From a virus (taxonomy: Duplodnaviria; Caudoviricetes), in IMG/VR virus record IMGVR_UViG_3300037755_000190, positions 1 through 51,980 of that record: a DNA stretch of 51,980 nucleotides; one strand, given 5' to 3'. Shown in pieces: positions 42,902 to 51,980 of this stretch. The notes under the pieces are model-generated. The model had not been told where the DNA came from and did no database searches. It saw nothing but the letters and a program-made list of their open reading frames with translations. Positions within the stretch are counted from its first letter, which is position 1. Every line of letters starts with the position of its first letter. The position numbers and the translations under genes are program-made.

Positions 42902-44758
42902 ATGGCTTATAAAGTCCTGAAGACCTTTGACGTGTCCGCCGATGATCAGCTCGCTACCGCTACTGAAGCCTACCTTCTTAGCGACCCACGCATTAATACA
43001 CTGTACACCACTGGGCTTGAAGGACAAACCTACGAAGATGTAATACGATTCGCCAAGCAGCTTTATTGCACCGATAACATTCGCGATAACCCGCTTATCT
43101 TCACAAATCTTTCGTCCACTAGCGAAGCAAGAGGAGCAGCGGCACATTACGCAAATTTTAACCTGAAATTTATCGAAAAGGTTCCTCAAGACCTGCATTG
43201 TTGGTCCTTTTATCTAAATCTTAGCTACGACGATTATTATCGTACAGAGATACACGATTTAAGAGGCGTGCCCCAGTGGTCAAGCGATGCACTGTCCGCC
43301 AGTTATTCCTCCGCTACCCGTGTGTACGTGGATCAACAAACGTACTGGGATAACCTTATTATTTACCTATCGGGAATACGTGATTTCTTCTCTAACAATA
43401 CGTGGAACCTGATTAAAGTTAAGAAATCCAAGAAATCAACACACGTCCCCTACAATGCTTTTGGCTTTGCTATACAGGTTCTTTGTTCACGCAGCTATAT
43501 CCATCGGCGCCATAATGGTAATCAGTATACGGGAACTACTTGCACCGCTTCGGAGGCAATGGGGATCTTAAACGAATCTGTGGATGCAAATCTTTCCTAC
43601 AGAGATGGGGCGTGGCTTCTCACTTGCCCGATAAGCGTTAAGAACAAAAGTACTCTGTATCACGTTTTCCCCTCCACTACCGATGTCTGTACTATTCTTG
43701 GTAGCGGAGCGGCGAAGAAAAAGGTCGTCAAGAAGGGCGACAAAGAAATTAAGCACGATATGTCTCGCTTCTCACGTCTCTATGGCGTCGAGTTGGAATT
43801 GACGACGGACTTAACAACTAAACAGATGATAGATGCTCAGGGTGAGGAAGTGTTCTTTCTCCTCAAGCAGGACGGTTCTATCACTGGAGCAAAGACAGAG
43901 AAGTACGAATGCGTAACTAAACCTATGGCCCTACCTGATCACAGGGTTTTATGGTCTAGATTCTTTTCACGCTGTGCGGATAAGGCTGTGTTCGATCAGT
44001 CAACAACTACTAATAACGGTATGCACGTACACATCCACAAGGATTGTTTCAAGAACGACCACTTACAGAAGTTTGCTTGGTTCATCACTAATCCGGCTCA
44101 CTTTGAGTTCTTCTTACAGATTTCTCAGCGTACGGCCGAGTCACTTAGTCGCTGGGCTCCTATGCCTAACTACGCAACTTGTCGAAATGAAGAGATGGCC
44201 TACAAAGAGTGCCTTCGATTGAACGCCGCTCAACGTGGCGCTGTCAATACCGGCAACACCCGAGGTAAGGGCACCTGCGAGATTCGTCTGTTCAAGGGCA
44301 TTGTGTCCTGCTCTGAGGTTATACGTAATCTTGAGGTAGTTGATTCTGTATTTGAGTTTACTCAGGTCACGCCCCGCCGCCATCTTACGCTCAAGAATTA
44401 CTACGCCTGGGTTAAGTCCACACCGCGCACACAGTATAAGCTTCTTCGAGCCGACCTATTTAAATTGGAGATGGATAAGCTAATCAAGAAAGCTGAAGTG
44501 ATCCGCTTGGTGTTCGGCCTTACCGATCCCGATAAGATTGTCGATCGCATCAATACCGAGCAAGACAGAACCGTAAAACTCTCTGCCGACAAGCGTTTTG
44601 TTGTTGATACTCTTGTCTTTGCGACGCTGACAAAGTTATTAGGTCGTAGGGTCTTCGGTATTAACGAGGATGGGCTGCTCACTGTTAAGCAAAAGAATGT
44701 AGGACGGCTAGCACACTTGGATGTGAAGACAGAAAAGGTCTATTCGAACGTAAAGTGA
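42902..44758 (+). CDS. putative amidoligase (COOH-NH2 ligase, glutamine-synthetase-like fold) with N-terminal extension
   Basis: YGVELEL, KQDGSI, ECVTKP, GMHVHI and EIRLFKG; GAGGG SD before ATG 42902. Confidence 0.85.
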   Translation: MAYKVLKTFDVSADDQLATATEAYLLSDPRINTLYTTGLEGQTYEDVIRFAKQLYCTDNIRDNPLIFTNLSSTSEARGAAAHYANFNLKFIEKVPQDLHCWSFYLNLSYDDYYRTEIHDLRGVPQWSSDALSASYSSATRVYVDQQTYWDNLIIYLSGIRDFFSNNTWNLIKVKKSKKSTHVPYNAFGFAIQVLCSRSYIHRRHNGNQYTGTTCTASEAMGILNESVDANLSYRDGAWLLTCPISVKNKSTLYHVFPSTTDVCTILGSGAAKKKVVKKGDKEIKHDMSRFSRLYGVELELTTDLTTKQMIDAQGEEVFFLLKQDGSITGAKTEKYECVTKPMALPDHRVLWSRFFSRCADKAVFDQSTTTNNGMHVHIHKDCFKNDHLQKFAWFITNPAHFEFFLQISQRTAESLSRWAPMPNYATCRNEEMAYKECLRLNAAQRGAVNTGNTRGKGTCEIRLFKGIVSCSEVIRNLEVVDSVFEFTQVTPRRHLTLKNYYAWVKSTPRTQYKLLRADLFKLEMDKLIKKAEVIRLVFGLTDPDKIVDRINTEQDRTVKLSADKRFVVDTLVFATLTKLLGRRVFGINEDGLLTVKQKNVGRLAHLDVKTEKVYSNVK

Positions 44759-44791
44759 TCTAAGGCCAAGTGTGTGATGGGAGTGAGTGCT

Positions 44792-45814
44792 ATGTGCGTT
44801 ATTCTTCAGAAAACAATCGGTCAAGACATCCCCTTTGAAGCCTTACAGAGGGCCGCTCTTCGGAATCCTCATGGCTTTGGTGTCATGGTGGCAGATCGAG
44901 GTGAGTTGGTAGCTACTCGTGGTGTCTGTGAAAAAGCAGAAAAGGGTGCGGAAGAGGTTGCCAAAGCTCTCGAAGAACTAAAAGACATGCCCACCCTTAT
45001 CCACTTCCGTTACGCCACTGCGGGAAGCAAAACGTTGGGCAATACGCATCCCTTCGAACTGCTCAAGTTGGACGCAGACGGCATTGACCTACAGTTGATG
45101 CACAACGGCACTATGTCTTACTTCAAAGACCCGTCACGGCAGGAGTCTGATACGGCACTGTTCTGTGAATCTGTAGCGTCTCCGCTTCTACAGCGCTGGT
45201 GGGCATACGTCGAGAACGAAGACGAGCTTATCAACGACCCCGCTCTTAAGAAGACCCTGGAGGCTATCGTCGGCGCTGGTGTCCTTACCCTGATGACCGG
45301 CAGCGGCAAAGTTATGAAGATCAACGAAGACTACGGTGAAGTCTACCCCTGGGGTTGGGCCAGCAACAAGAATCCCTTGGTGGAGGACAAGACCAAACGG
45401 AAGGATACCAAAAGCCACTACGGTCCCTCAACTCTGGAGACGGCTGCAACAAGTTACAACAACGCTTCTGCTTGGTCGCCCCCGGAACACTGGAAACCAG
45501 CAAACCAAAATAAATCTACCCGCAGCCTGGATGACCAAGGAGCGGCCCTCCGAGACATGATTCGATTGTCACCGAACAGCAAGGTGACTCTCCCCGTTCC
45601 TCGCACTCGCCTGGACGCCAAAGACTTCCTCGGTACGTTCGAACTTGAAGACCTTGTTTGGCTGGATTTAGACGACGTTCGCGATCTGATTAAGAAGTGT
45701 CCAGAAGCAACCGCTATCATCCTTATGGACCTTCTTTTTAAACTGTACCTCGATGCGAAGGGCAAACCACTGGTTAGCTACGGTAAGGGTGACGTCGGTG
45801 TCGAGACCAATTGA
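44792..45814 (+). CDS. class II glutamine amidotransferase (Ntn, Cys1)
   Basis: M-C-V-I start, NPHGFG, HFRYATAG, NTHPF, MHNG and SDT. Confidence 0.9.
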   Translation: MCVILQKTIGQDIPFEALQRAALRNPHGFGVMVADRGELVATRGVCEKAEKGAEEVAKALEELKDMPTLIHFRYATAGSKTLGNTHPFELLKLDADGIDLQLMHNGTMSYFKDPSRQESDTALFCESVASPLLQRWWAYVENEDELINDPALKKTLEAIVGAGVLTLMTGSGKVMKINEDYGEVYPWGWASNKNPLVEDKTKRKDTKSHYGPSTLETAATSYNNASAWSPPEHWKPANQNKSTRSLDDQGAALRDMIRLSPNSKVTLPVPRTRLDAKDFLGTFELEDLVWLDLDDVRDLIKKCPEATAIILMDLLFKLYLDAKGKPLVSYGKGDVGVETN

Positions 45815-46493
45815 GCTAGATTTAGAACCCTTCTCTTGGGAGGACACGCCTTTGAACACGGCTAAAGATGACACCGAAGACACAGAAGGGCTTTGGTCAG
45901 AGGAGCACCAGGGGTTTCCTTGGTATATGGAAGAAGAAGCCGTCGTTGACCAGAAGTGGGAGGTCACGGCTTTAGCTGAAAAGGGCCTCGATAGGTCGGA
46001 TTTTACCCCGGACCATGCGCTCTTGTGCAAGCAACTGGAGCACTATGTCTTCGTGTACGGCACCCTTAAGCGCGGTAAGGTCAATAATCGGGTCATCGAC
46101 AACAAGAACTGCGTTTATATTGCAGATGCCTTTACAACGGATAAATCATTCCTACTGAAGGAGACGCAAGGTAGCATTCCCGTGCTGCTCAGCACGTTCG
46201 GACAGAACGATCAGAAAGACTCTAAGCTGGTCAAGGGTGAGTTGTGGCTAATGCGCACTCCACAGATACCTCGGTTGGATCAGTTCGAGCAGAACGGTAT
46301 TCTTTATAAGCGCATCAAGACAATGGTATCTGTGGAGCAAAACCGTTTACCAGCCTGGACTTACGCAGGCATTAAGAACGCTTGGAGTGATACGGGAAGT
46401 CATTCATCTCTAAAGCTATGTCCCCACTTCAAGAAATCAAAAGACCCAAGCGTGGAGTACTACACTTACGTTGGTGGGCCGGTTAGGGGTTAG
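45798..46493 (+). CDS. gamma-glutamylcyclotransferase (AIG2-like) with acidic N-terminal extension
   Basis: VFVYGTLKRG, VKGELW, LDQFE, YKR and AWTY; GTG 45798 with AAGGGT SD. Confidence 0.85.
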   Translation: MSRPIELDLEPFSWEDTPLNTAKDDTEDTEGLWSEEHQGFPWYMEEEAVVDQKWEVTALAEKGLDRSDFTPDHALLCKQLEHYVFVYGTLKRGKVNNRVIDNKNCVYIADAFTTDKSFLLKETQGSIPVLLSTFGQNDQKDSKLVKGELWLMRTPQIPRLDQFEQNGILYKRIKTMVSVEQNRLPAWTYAGIKNAWSDTGSHSSLKLCPHFKKSKDPSVEYYTYVGGPVRG

Positions 46494-46497
46494 TCGC

Positions 46498-46818
46498 ATG
46501 AGATGCCAAATATGTAATTGGGCGGACTTCTCGACCAGCGAATGTTTAGACCAGTCCGAGGATTTCCCCGGACGGAACGCAGTGCATTACCGTAAATCAA
46601 TTGATCAAGACGTATGCAACTACTGTTTTCAACAAATCCAGGTTAATCGTCGTTTCTATCATTCATGGGGTTCTAATATCGATAAAGCCAATGAAGCGTG
46701 GGGTGGAATCGTCGATACCTTAGCTAAGGCTAAGAAGGTGTATGACAACAAACGACCCAAACAAAACTATAAAAAGAAGGTTCCTACCCTGTCCAAACCC
46801 AAAGTGCAAGTCGAGTGA
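46498..46818 (+). CDS. zinc-binding hypothetical protein
   Basis: MRCQIC...CNYC; AGGGG SD. Confidence 0.7.
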   Translation: MRCQICNWADFSTSECLDQSEDFPGRNAVHYRKSIDQDVCNYCFQQIQVNRRFYHSWGSNIDKANEAWGGIVDTLAKAKKVYDNKRPKQNYKKKVPTLSKPKVQVE

Positions 46819-48274
46819 CGCTTATACGGAGTACGAAGATGGTCACGGCTATTGCTATAGTTGTCAGGTATACGTCAAATCAGAGGCTTCTGTAGAGCTG
46901 TCTCCACCTTCGTATTCCCTCGAATATCTGGCTTGGCGTGGCGTTTCAAAAGAGACCATGCGCCAGACTGGAACTCAAACGAGAGTAGACAGTGATGGTA
47001 AGCCTTTTTCACTTCTATACCGTTATCCTAAGGGCGGCGTTAAAGCTCGATTATTGGGTGAAAAGAAGTTCGCTTCTGAAGGAGACATGGCGAGCCCTCA
47101 ACTTTTCCTCCAAGACAAATTTCCTACTGGAAGCTCAAACGCGATCACTATTACGGAAGGGGAACAAGACGCTTTGTCTACGCTGCAAATGCTCGGCGGG
47201 CGGCGTCCAGTGGTTTCAGTGCGCAGCTCTTCCTCAGCAAAGAAAGACTGTACGGCACACGTAGGCTACATAAACACATTCGAGAAGATTTACCTGTGCT
47301 TTGACGACGATGAGGTGGGCCAGAAAGCAGCAAGACAAGTCGCCAGCCTCTTTGATTTCAACAAGGTCTATCTGGTCAAACTGAATGGCCTGAAAGACGC
47401 TTCTGCCTACCTAGAAAGTGGAAGACAGGCTGACTTCAAGGATTTGTGGTTCTCAGCGCGACGATGGCTACCTGACAATGTGAAAAGCGGGCTGTCTGAA
47501 CTAAAGAAGGTCGCAACAGGAAAACGAGTTAACAGTCTCTTCGACTATCCTTTCCCCAGCCTCCAAGAGATGACCCAAGGCATACGGCCTACTGAGGTGG
47601 TTCTCCTGACGGCTCAGGAAGGGATAGGTAAGACAGAGATAGTAAGGGCGATAGAATACCATGCGTTAGCTACCACAGATCATAACATTGGCATTATCCA
47701 CCTAGAGGAATCAGATCAGCGCGCTATACAGGGATTAGTTGGCTATGAACTGAAATCACCCGTACACCTCATAGATACACCACAGACCGCTGTAGACGCA
47801 GCAATAGACAAACTGGTGAAGAAAGATGACCGCCTATTCCTCTACTCTCACTTTGGTTCGAAAGACCCTGGGGATTTTGTTAATGGCGTTCGCTTTCTTG
47901 TCGCTGGTTGTGGCTGCAAACTTATTACTCTTGACCACATTACTATGGTGGTATCAGGAAACCAGGATGATAATGATACAGCTACACTAGACGAACTATC
48001 TACTAAGCTTGCTATGCTCACCATGGAATTGGAGTTTGCACTTGTTCTCGTCTCTCATGTCAATGATTTTGGTAAGACACGGGGGAGCCGTAATATCTCC
48101 AAGGTTGCAGACATACGAATCGACCTTGAGAGAAATCTCAAAGCAGAAGACGCTGACGAGCGCAACACCACTAAACTTACAATCTCCAAGAACCGCTACT
48201 GCGGTGATACCGGCCCGGCTGGTCGATTATTCTTCAACCGTGAGACGTTTGTCGTATCAGAAAAGGAATTCTAG
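46742..48274 (+). CDS. T7 gp4-like primase-helicase
   Basis: Zn ribbon CP..KC..CYSC, TOPRIM ITEGEQD/FDDD, Walker A AQEGIGKT, LDHIT, VSH and KNRYCG.TG. Confidence 0.93.
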   Translation: MTTNDPNKTIKRRFLPCPNPKCKSSDAYTEYEDGHGYCYSCQVYVKSEASVELSPPSYSLEYLAWRGVSKETMRQTGTQTRVDSDGKPFSLLYRYPKGGVKARLLGEKKFASEGDMASPQLFLQDKFPTGSSNAITITEGEQDALSTLQMLGGRRPVVSVRSSSSAKKDCTAHVGYINTFEKIYLCFDDDEVGQKAARQVASLFDFNKVYLVKLNGLKDASAYLESGRQADFKDLWFSARRWLPDNVKSGLSELKKVATGKRVNSLFDYPFPSLQEMTQGIRPTEVVLLTAQEGIGKTEIVRAIEYHALATTDHNIGIIHLEESDQRAIQGLVGYELKSPVHLIDTPQTAVDAAIDKLVKKDDRLFLYSHFGSKDPGDFVNGVRFLVAGCGCKLITLDHITMVVSGNQDDNDTATLDELSTKLAMLTMELEFALVLVSHVNDFGKTRGSRNISKVADIRIDLERNLKAEDADERNTTKLTISKNRYCGDTGPAGRLFFNRETFVVSEKEF

Positions 48275-48275
48275 C

Positions 48276-48656
48276 ATGGCTATCAATTGGAACAAGCCCG
48301 TCGAAGTGAAGCGCAAAAATATGGTCGGTGGGGAAGTCTGGGCACCCTGCAAGTTCTTGGGCATCGTGGAATATGGTGATCGGGCTAAGAGGAAGTGGAA
48401 TCGCGCCGTCAATACCACGAATGGCGTCTTCTATTACGATGTGCTCGGGGTCTGGGAATACGCATTAAATTCTGAGGAATGCTGCCTTCGGAATACACCC
48501 GAGAAGAAGCGCTATACTATTGTTACCGTTCGTCAGAAAGCAGGGAATATTTCCTCACACACTCTTGCAGGAAGCGGCCTCCCGAATATGGAGATTGGCA
48601 AGACCTATTGGGATTCTCCCATCATTCATGTCACAGAATTTGAGCTGGCTGCATAG
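48276..48656 (+). CDS. hypothetical protein
   Basis: AAGGA SD before ATG 48276 (MAINWNKPVE). Confidence 0.7.
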   Translation: MAINWNKPVEVKRKNMVGGEVWAPCKFLGIVEYGDRAKRKWNRAVNTTNGVFYYDVLGVWEYALNSEECCLRNTPEKKRYTIVTVRQKAGNISSHTLAGSGLPNMEIGKTYWDSPIIHVTEFELAA

Positions 48657-48694
48657 AATAAACCTGTTGCAAAAATAGCACATAGTGATACTCT

Positions 48695-48773
48695 ATTGGT
48701 GTAGGGGATGAAGAGATAGTCTGCTTGATGGCGTTGCCGCGATTGAGTAAGACGCTCTTTCCCCTACACCAAT
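48695..48773 (+). ncRNA. 79-nt rod-like hairpin (possible small RNA or leader)
   Basis: 14-bp perfect stem ATTGGTGTAGGGGA/TCCCCTACACCAAT with nested helices; a TTGCAA...TACTCT promoter-like element lies just upstream. Confidence 0.5.
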
Positions 48774-48797
48774 CCCGCCCAAGAAGTCCCCTCCCTC

Positions 48798-49100
48798 ATG
48801 AAATACCTTATCAAGAAACTATACTGGAGACTGTGGATGACTCCCGCACAAATCAAAGAAGCCGCCTCCCTTCTGAACAAACGAGATTCTATTCAGTGCC
48901 AAATCGAGAAGTGTAAGACCTGGAACGCTCCGGCCAATGTTTATTTGGGGATACCTCCCACAAGAGATTACGCTGGTTGTTATACTTATCCCGCATATGT
49001 AGAAAACTTTAGACTGCCTATCGCCGATATCATTGAAATCCTGGGGGCACAGAAGACTGACGTTGTACTGAAGTTAGGAGCGCTGGGCGTAAAGGAGTAA
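48798..49100 (+). CDS. hypothetical protein
   Basis: 100-aa ORF with no SD (preceded by CCCCTCCCTC). Confidence 0.55.
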   Translation: MKYLIKKLYWRLWMTPAQIKEAASLLNKRDSIQCQIEKCKTWNAPANVYLGIPPTRDYAGCYTYPAYVENFRLPIADIIEILGAQKTDVVLKLGALGVKE

Positions 49101-49103
49101 TTA

Positions 49104-51089
49104 ATTAGAACTCTCCATCTGGATAAGCCGCAGGCGGCTCTAAGGACAGTTGTCCTAGACTGCGAAACAAACCGCCTCCATAATCCAGATCGTGTTTGGT
49201 TAGTAGTCTGCAAAGATTTAGAGACGGGAAAAGTACATGTCTTCCGAGAACCAGACCGGCATCCTGACGAACTTCTTGGGCTACTTGCGTGTAGCGACCG
49301 TCTTGTTATGCATAATGGTTTGGGTTTCGATCATCCTATTCTTACTCGTCTTATTCCAAATTTCTCTGTGGCTCAAGAGAGCGTCTTCGATACTCTGGTT
49401 GTTTCTCGTTTGCTTAACTACGGAGTTGCTGGTGGGCATAGCCTCGAAGCTTGGGGCGAACGACTTGACTTTCGAAAAGGATCGGTTCTTGGCTTTGATG
49501 CGCTCACTGACGAATTAGTCGAGTATTGCATACAAGACGTTGAGTTAACCGCCAAGCTCTACAACTACCTGTTAGAGGAGATTGACCTAGAGCAGTGGCA
49601 AGACTCAATCGACTTGGAGCACAAGACCGCTCAGTACTGCTACCAAATGCACGAAACGGGTTTTGCCTTCGATATTGAGAGCGCTACCAAGGTTTATGGA
49701 GACATAGCCAGTAAATTAGCTAAGCTAGACGAGGAAATTAAGAGTGCTTTCAAACCTAAAGCAGTTTTACTTAGAGAAATTACACCCGTGGCTACAGCCC
49801 ATGGGACATTACACAAAAAAGATTTTAAATGGGTTGAACGAGGATCTTCTGGGGACATTGATCTTTCTCCTTATACTGCTGGCGCTCCTTTTTCTTTATT
49901 CAAACTAGAGCCCTTTAACCCCGGTTCCACCGTCCAGATTGTCGAACGCCTTAATAAGGCAGGGTGGAAGCCTACCGAGAAGACCAAGGGCCATATTGCC
50001 TTTGAGAGGGACTACCAGCGAGCCCCTCAGTGGCGAAAGAAAGAGCTGGCAGAAGACCTAGCCGAATGGCGCATATGGGGCTGGACGGTCTCTGAAGAGA
50101 ACCTAGCGACACTTCCTGAAGACGCCCCTCCGGCCGCACAGCTCCTCAAACAGCGCCTTATCCTTGATCGACGACGTTCCACCTATGAAGAGTGGTTCAA
50201 GGCGTACACACCACCTCCACAGGGCGCACCATCTGAGGCCGTAGGCCGAATACACGGTACCATAAACCACCTAGGGGCGTGGACCGGCCGATGCTCTCAC
50301 AACAATCCCAACATTGCTAATATCGTTCGCATCGTCAAAGGGGCAGACAAGAAACCTATCCACGGCTTTGAAGGTGGGTATGGCTTCGAGATGCGATCTG
50401 TTTGGATAGCTCCGCCAGGGCGAAGGCTAGTCGGCATAGACGCGGATGGCATCCAACTTAGGGTACTCGCCCACTACATGGACGATAAGAGGTTTACGGA
50501 TGCCCTTGTTAACGGAAAGTCTGAAGATGGAACAGATGCACACAGCCTTAATCAACGGGCTCTTGGAGATGTTTGCAAAAACCGCGATCTCGCTAAAACG
50601 TTCATATACTCATGGCTCCTCGGAGCAGGAGCGCCTAAAACAGCATCGATACTTAACTGTACTCTCGGAGAGGCTAAGCAGGCTAGAGACAGATTCGTGG
50701 CAGCTTATCCAGGACTTGAAGAGCTTCGAAAGGTCACTATCCCGGCCGACGCTCAGAGGGGGTTCTTCGTAGGCTTCGATAATAGAATTGTTCTTTGCGA
50801 CTCCGATCACCTTATGTTGTCTGGATACCTACAGAACGGTGAAGCTGTCGTAATGAAGAAGGCGATGTCCATCTGGATACCTCAACTAGAAAAGGACGAC
50901 ATAGATTTCAAACTGGTTGATTTTGTTCATGACGAATGGGTTATTGAGTGTCCAGACGATGACGAAATCTGTCAGTTAGTGCTAACGACCGCTGCTACTT
51001 CAATTCGGTTAGCTGGGGAGGCGCTAAAGCTCAAATGTCCGATGAAAGGAAATGGGCGCATTGGTCTGAACTGGGCCGACATTCACTAA
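49104..51089 (+). CDS. family A (T7-like) DNA polymerase, probable ATT start
   Basis: ExoI DCET lies upstream of the listed ATG 49308; also ExoII HNGLGFD, ExoIII YCIQD and polymerase motifs DADGIQLR, AKTFIY, VHDE. AAAGGAG SD 6 nt before ATT 49104; in-frame TAA at 49098. Confidence 0.93.
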   Translation: MRTLHLDKPQAALRTVVLDCETNRLHNPDRVWLVVCKDLETGKVHVFREPDRHPDELLGLLACSDRLVMHNGLGFDHPILTRLIPNFSVAQESVFDTLVVSRLLNYGVAGGHSLEAWGERLDFRKGSVLGFDALTDELVEYCIQDVELTAKLYNYLLEEIDLEQWQDSIDLEHKTAQYCYQMHETGFAFDIESATKVYGDIASKLAKLDEEIKSAFKPKAVLLREITPVATAHGTLHKKDFKWVERGSSGDIDLSPYTAGAPFSLFKLEPFNPGSTVQIVERLNKAGWKPTEKTKGHIAFERDYQRAPQWRKKELAEDLAEWRIWGWTVSEENLATLPEDAPPAAQLLKQRLILDRRRSTYEEWFKAYTPPPQGAPSEAVGRIHGTINHLGAWTGRCSHNNPNIANIVRIVKGADKKPIHGFEGGYGFEMRSVWIAPPGRRLVGIDADGIQLRVLAHYMDDKRFTDALVNGKSEDGTDAHSLNQRALGDVCKNRDLAKTFIYSWLLGAGAPKTASILNCTLGEAKQARDRFVAAYPGLEELRKVTIPADAQRGFFVGFDNRIVLCDSDHLMLSGYLQNGEAVVMKKAMSIWIPQLEKDDIDFKLVDFVHDEWVIECPDDDEICQLVLTTAATSIRLAGEALKLKCPMKGNGRIGLNWADIH

Positions 51090-51316
51090 ACAATTACGAT
51101 ACGACTAGAAACCTAACCATCTATCAATTTGTTATTCAATACGACAAATTAGTTTACGATAAATATATACAAGCCGCTTCCGTGGATGACGCCAAGAGCA
51201 TCCTACTAGATCAGATGGAAGACGAAGAAGTGGATCTTATTGCGGTATCCTTTCTTCACGTAACAATCCCCTCTAACGACATTCTGCACAAGTTAACAAG
51301 GAAGACATTAGATTAG
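51035..51316 (+). CDS. hypothetical protein (start uncertain)
   Basis: Open frame between the polymerase and SSB genes; the 5' part overlaps the polymerase. Confidence 0.5.
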   Translation: MSDERKWAHWSELGRHSLNNYDTTRNLTIYQFVIQYDKLVYDKYIQAASVDDAKSILLDQMEDEEVDLIAVSFLHVTIPSNDILHKLTRKTLD

Positions 51317-51317
51317 T

Positions 51318-51764
51318 ATGAGTACTGCGTATCACTATTTTACTGGCACCTGCAAATGGGCCAAGCTGGAAGAGCCAGACGACTTTAAGGGCCAGAAGAA
51401 GTACAAGATTAATTTGTACCTAGATAAGGCAGGGCTGCGTAAGCTAAACGAGAGTGAGGCTAGGCTGACGGTCCGCCAAGATGACGATGGCAAGTACGTG
51501 ACTTTCTCCCGAGCTGTCACCAAGACCTTTAAGGACGAGCTAGTCGAACAAGGGCCACCTTGGGTTCTATGGGAAGTTGAGGGTGAAGAGGCAGACTTTG
51601 ATAACCCCTCACGGATCGGTAACGGAAGTACTGTAACCTGCAAGGTCGCTGTCTATGATACTAAAATGGGAAAGGGCCATACGCTAGAAGCTGTAAAAGT
51701 CGAAAGCCTCGTTGAGTACAACCCAGAAGAAAGAAGCACCGAGGGTGCAGATAGGAAGTTCTAG
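51318..51764 (+). CDS. single-stranded DNA-binding protein (T7 gp2.5-like OB fold)
   Basis: G.CKWAKL.EPD, YKINL, IGNGS.V..KV.VY, LEAVKV..LVEY, acidic tail ending in F. Confidence 0.8.
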   Translation: MSTAYHYFTGTCKWAKLEEPDDFKGQKKYKINLYLDKAGLRKLNESEARLTVRQDDDGKYVTFSRAVTKTFKDELVEQGPPWVLWEVEGEEADFDNPSRIGNGSTVTCKVAVYDTKMGKGHTLEAVKVESLVEYNPEERSTEGADRKF

Positions 51765-51765
51765 A

Positions 51766-51980
51766 ATGACTGATACCGTAACTGTTAGTGAGACGCCGAA
51801 AGTTACCTACGCCATTCAGACTATCTCTATCGGTTGGTACGATGCTCAGATGAATGCCGGGCATGATGGATACGCTACGAAGGCAGAGCTAAAAGCCCGT
51901 ATGGCCGATGGAAAGAAGGTCAACAAGCACATTTCGATGGGCAAGCAGGTCAATTCTTTAGAGGATGCTAAGATTCTTAT
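51766..51980 (+). CDS. hypothetical protein, open to the window end
   Basis: AGGAAG SD plus ATG; MTDTVTVSETPKVTYAIQ... with no stop before 51980. Confidence 0.65.
   Translation, partial: MTDTVTVSETPKVTYAIQTISIGWYDAQMNAGHDGYATKAELKARMADGKKVNKHISMGKQVNSLEDAKIL

Noticed and set aside
48009-48275. 5' extension of ORF 48009..48656
   Set aside because: It overlaps the helicase in another frame; the SD-supported start is ATG 48276.

Overview
The whole window reads as one (near-)complete ~52 kb podovirus genome, apparently circularly permuted. Gene content and order resemble SIO1/VpV262-like phages (Zobellviridae-like; inferred from motifs, no database search run). The host is probably an alphaproteobacterium, because the phage carries a MucR/Ros gene. 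The minus-strand late arm (34926->10438) encodes small and large terminase, portal, scaffold, major capsid, decoration/virion proteins, a tail fibre with a beta-helix-like region, a GH108 endolysin, a holin, tail tubular A/B, a GNAT protein, three ejection proteins and a lysozyme domain. The plus-strand early/replication arm (37313->51980, continuing at 1->10568) encodes small early ORFs, MucR, an ATP-grasp/amidoligase/GATase-II/GGCT cluster, primase-helicase, family A DNA polymerase, SSB, PD-(D/E)XK exonuclease, endonuclease I-like resolvase, metallophosphoesterase, MazG-like and Ntn-peptidase genes, two tRNAs, a putative attP and a tyrosine integrase. The most notable observations are: (1) a probable -1 programmed frameshift (internal SD + A_AAA_AAA) that appends a lysozyme to an ejection protein; (2) a free-standing, extein-less, catalytically eroded intein/LAGLIDADG gene; (3) three enzymes that appear to need non-canonical ATT/ATA/CTG starts; (4) a tRNA-like RNA with a 46-nt two-hairpin D-loop; (5) a promoter-to-terminator-delimited ~218-nt two-domain ncRNA; and (6) a MucR that has lost its zinc ligands, in an integrase-bearing phage with no recognisable CI repressor.
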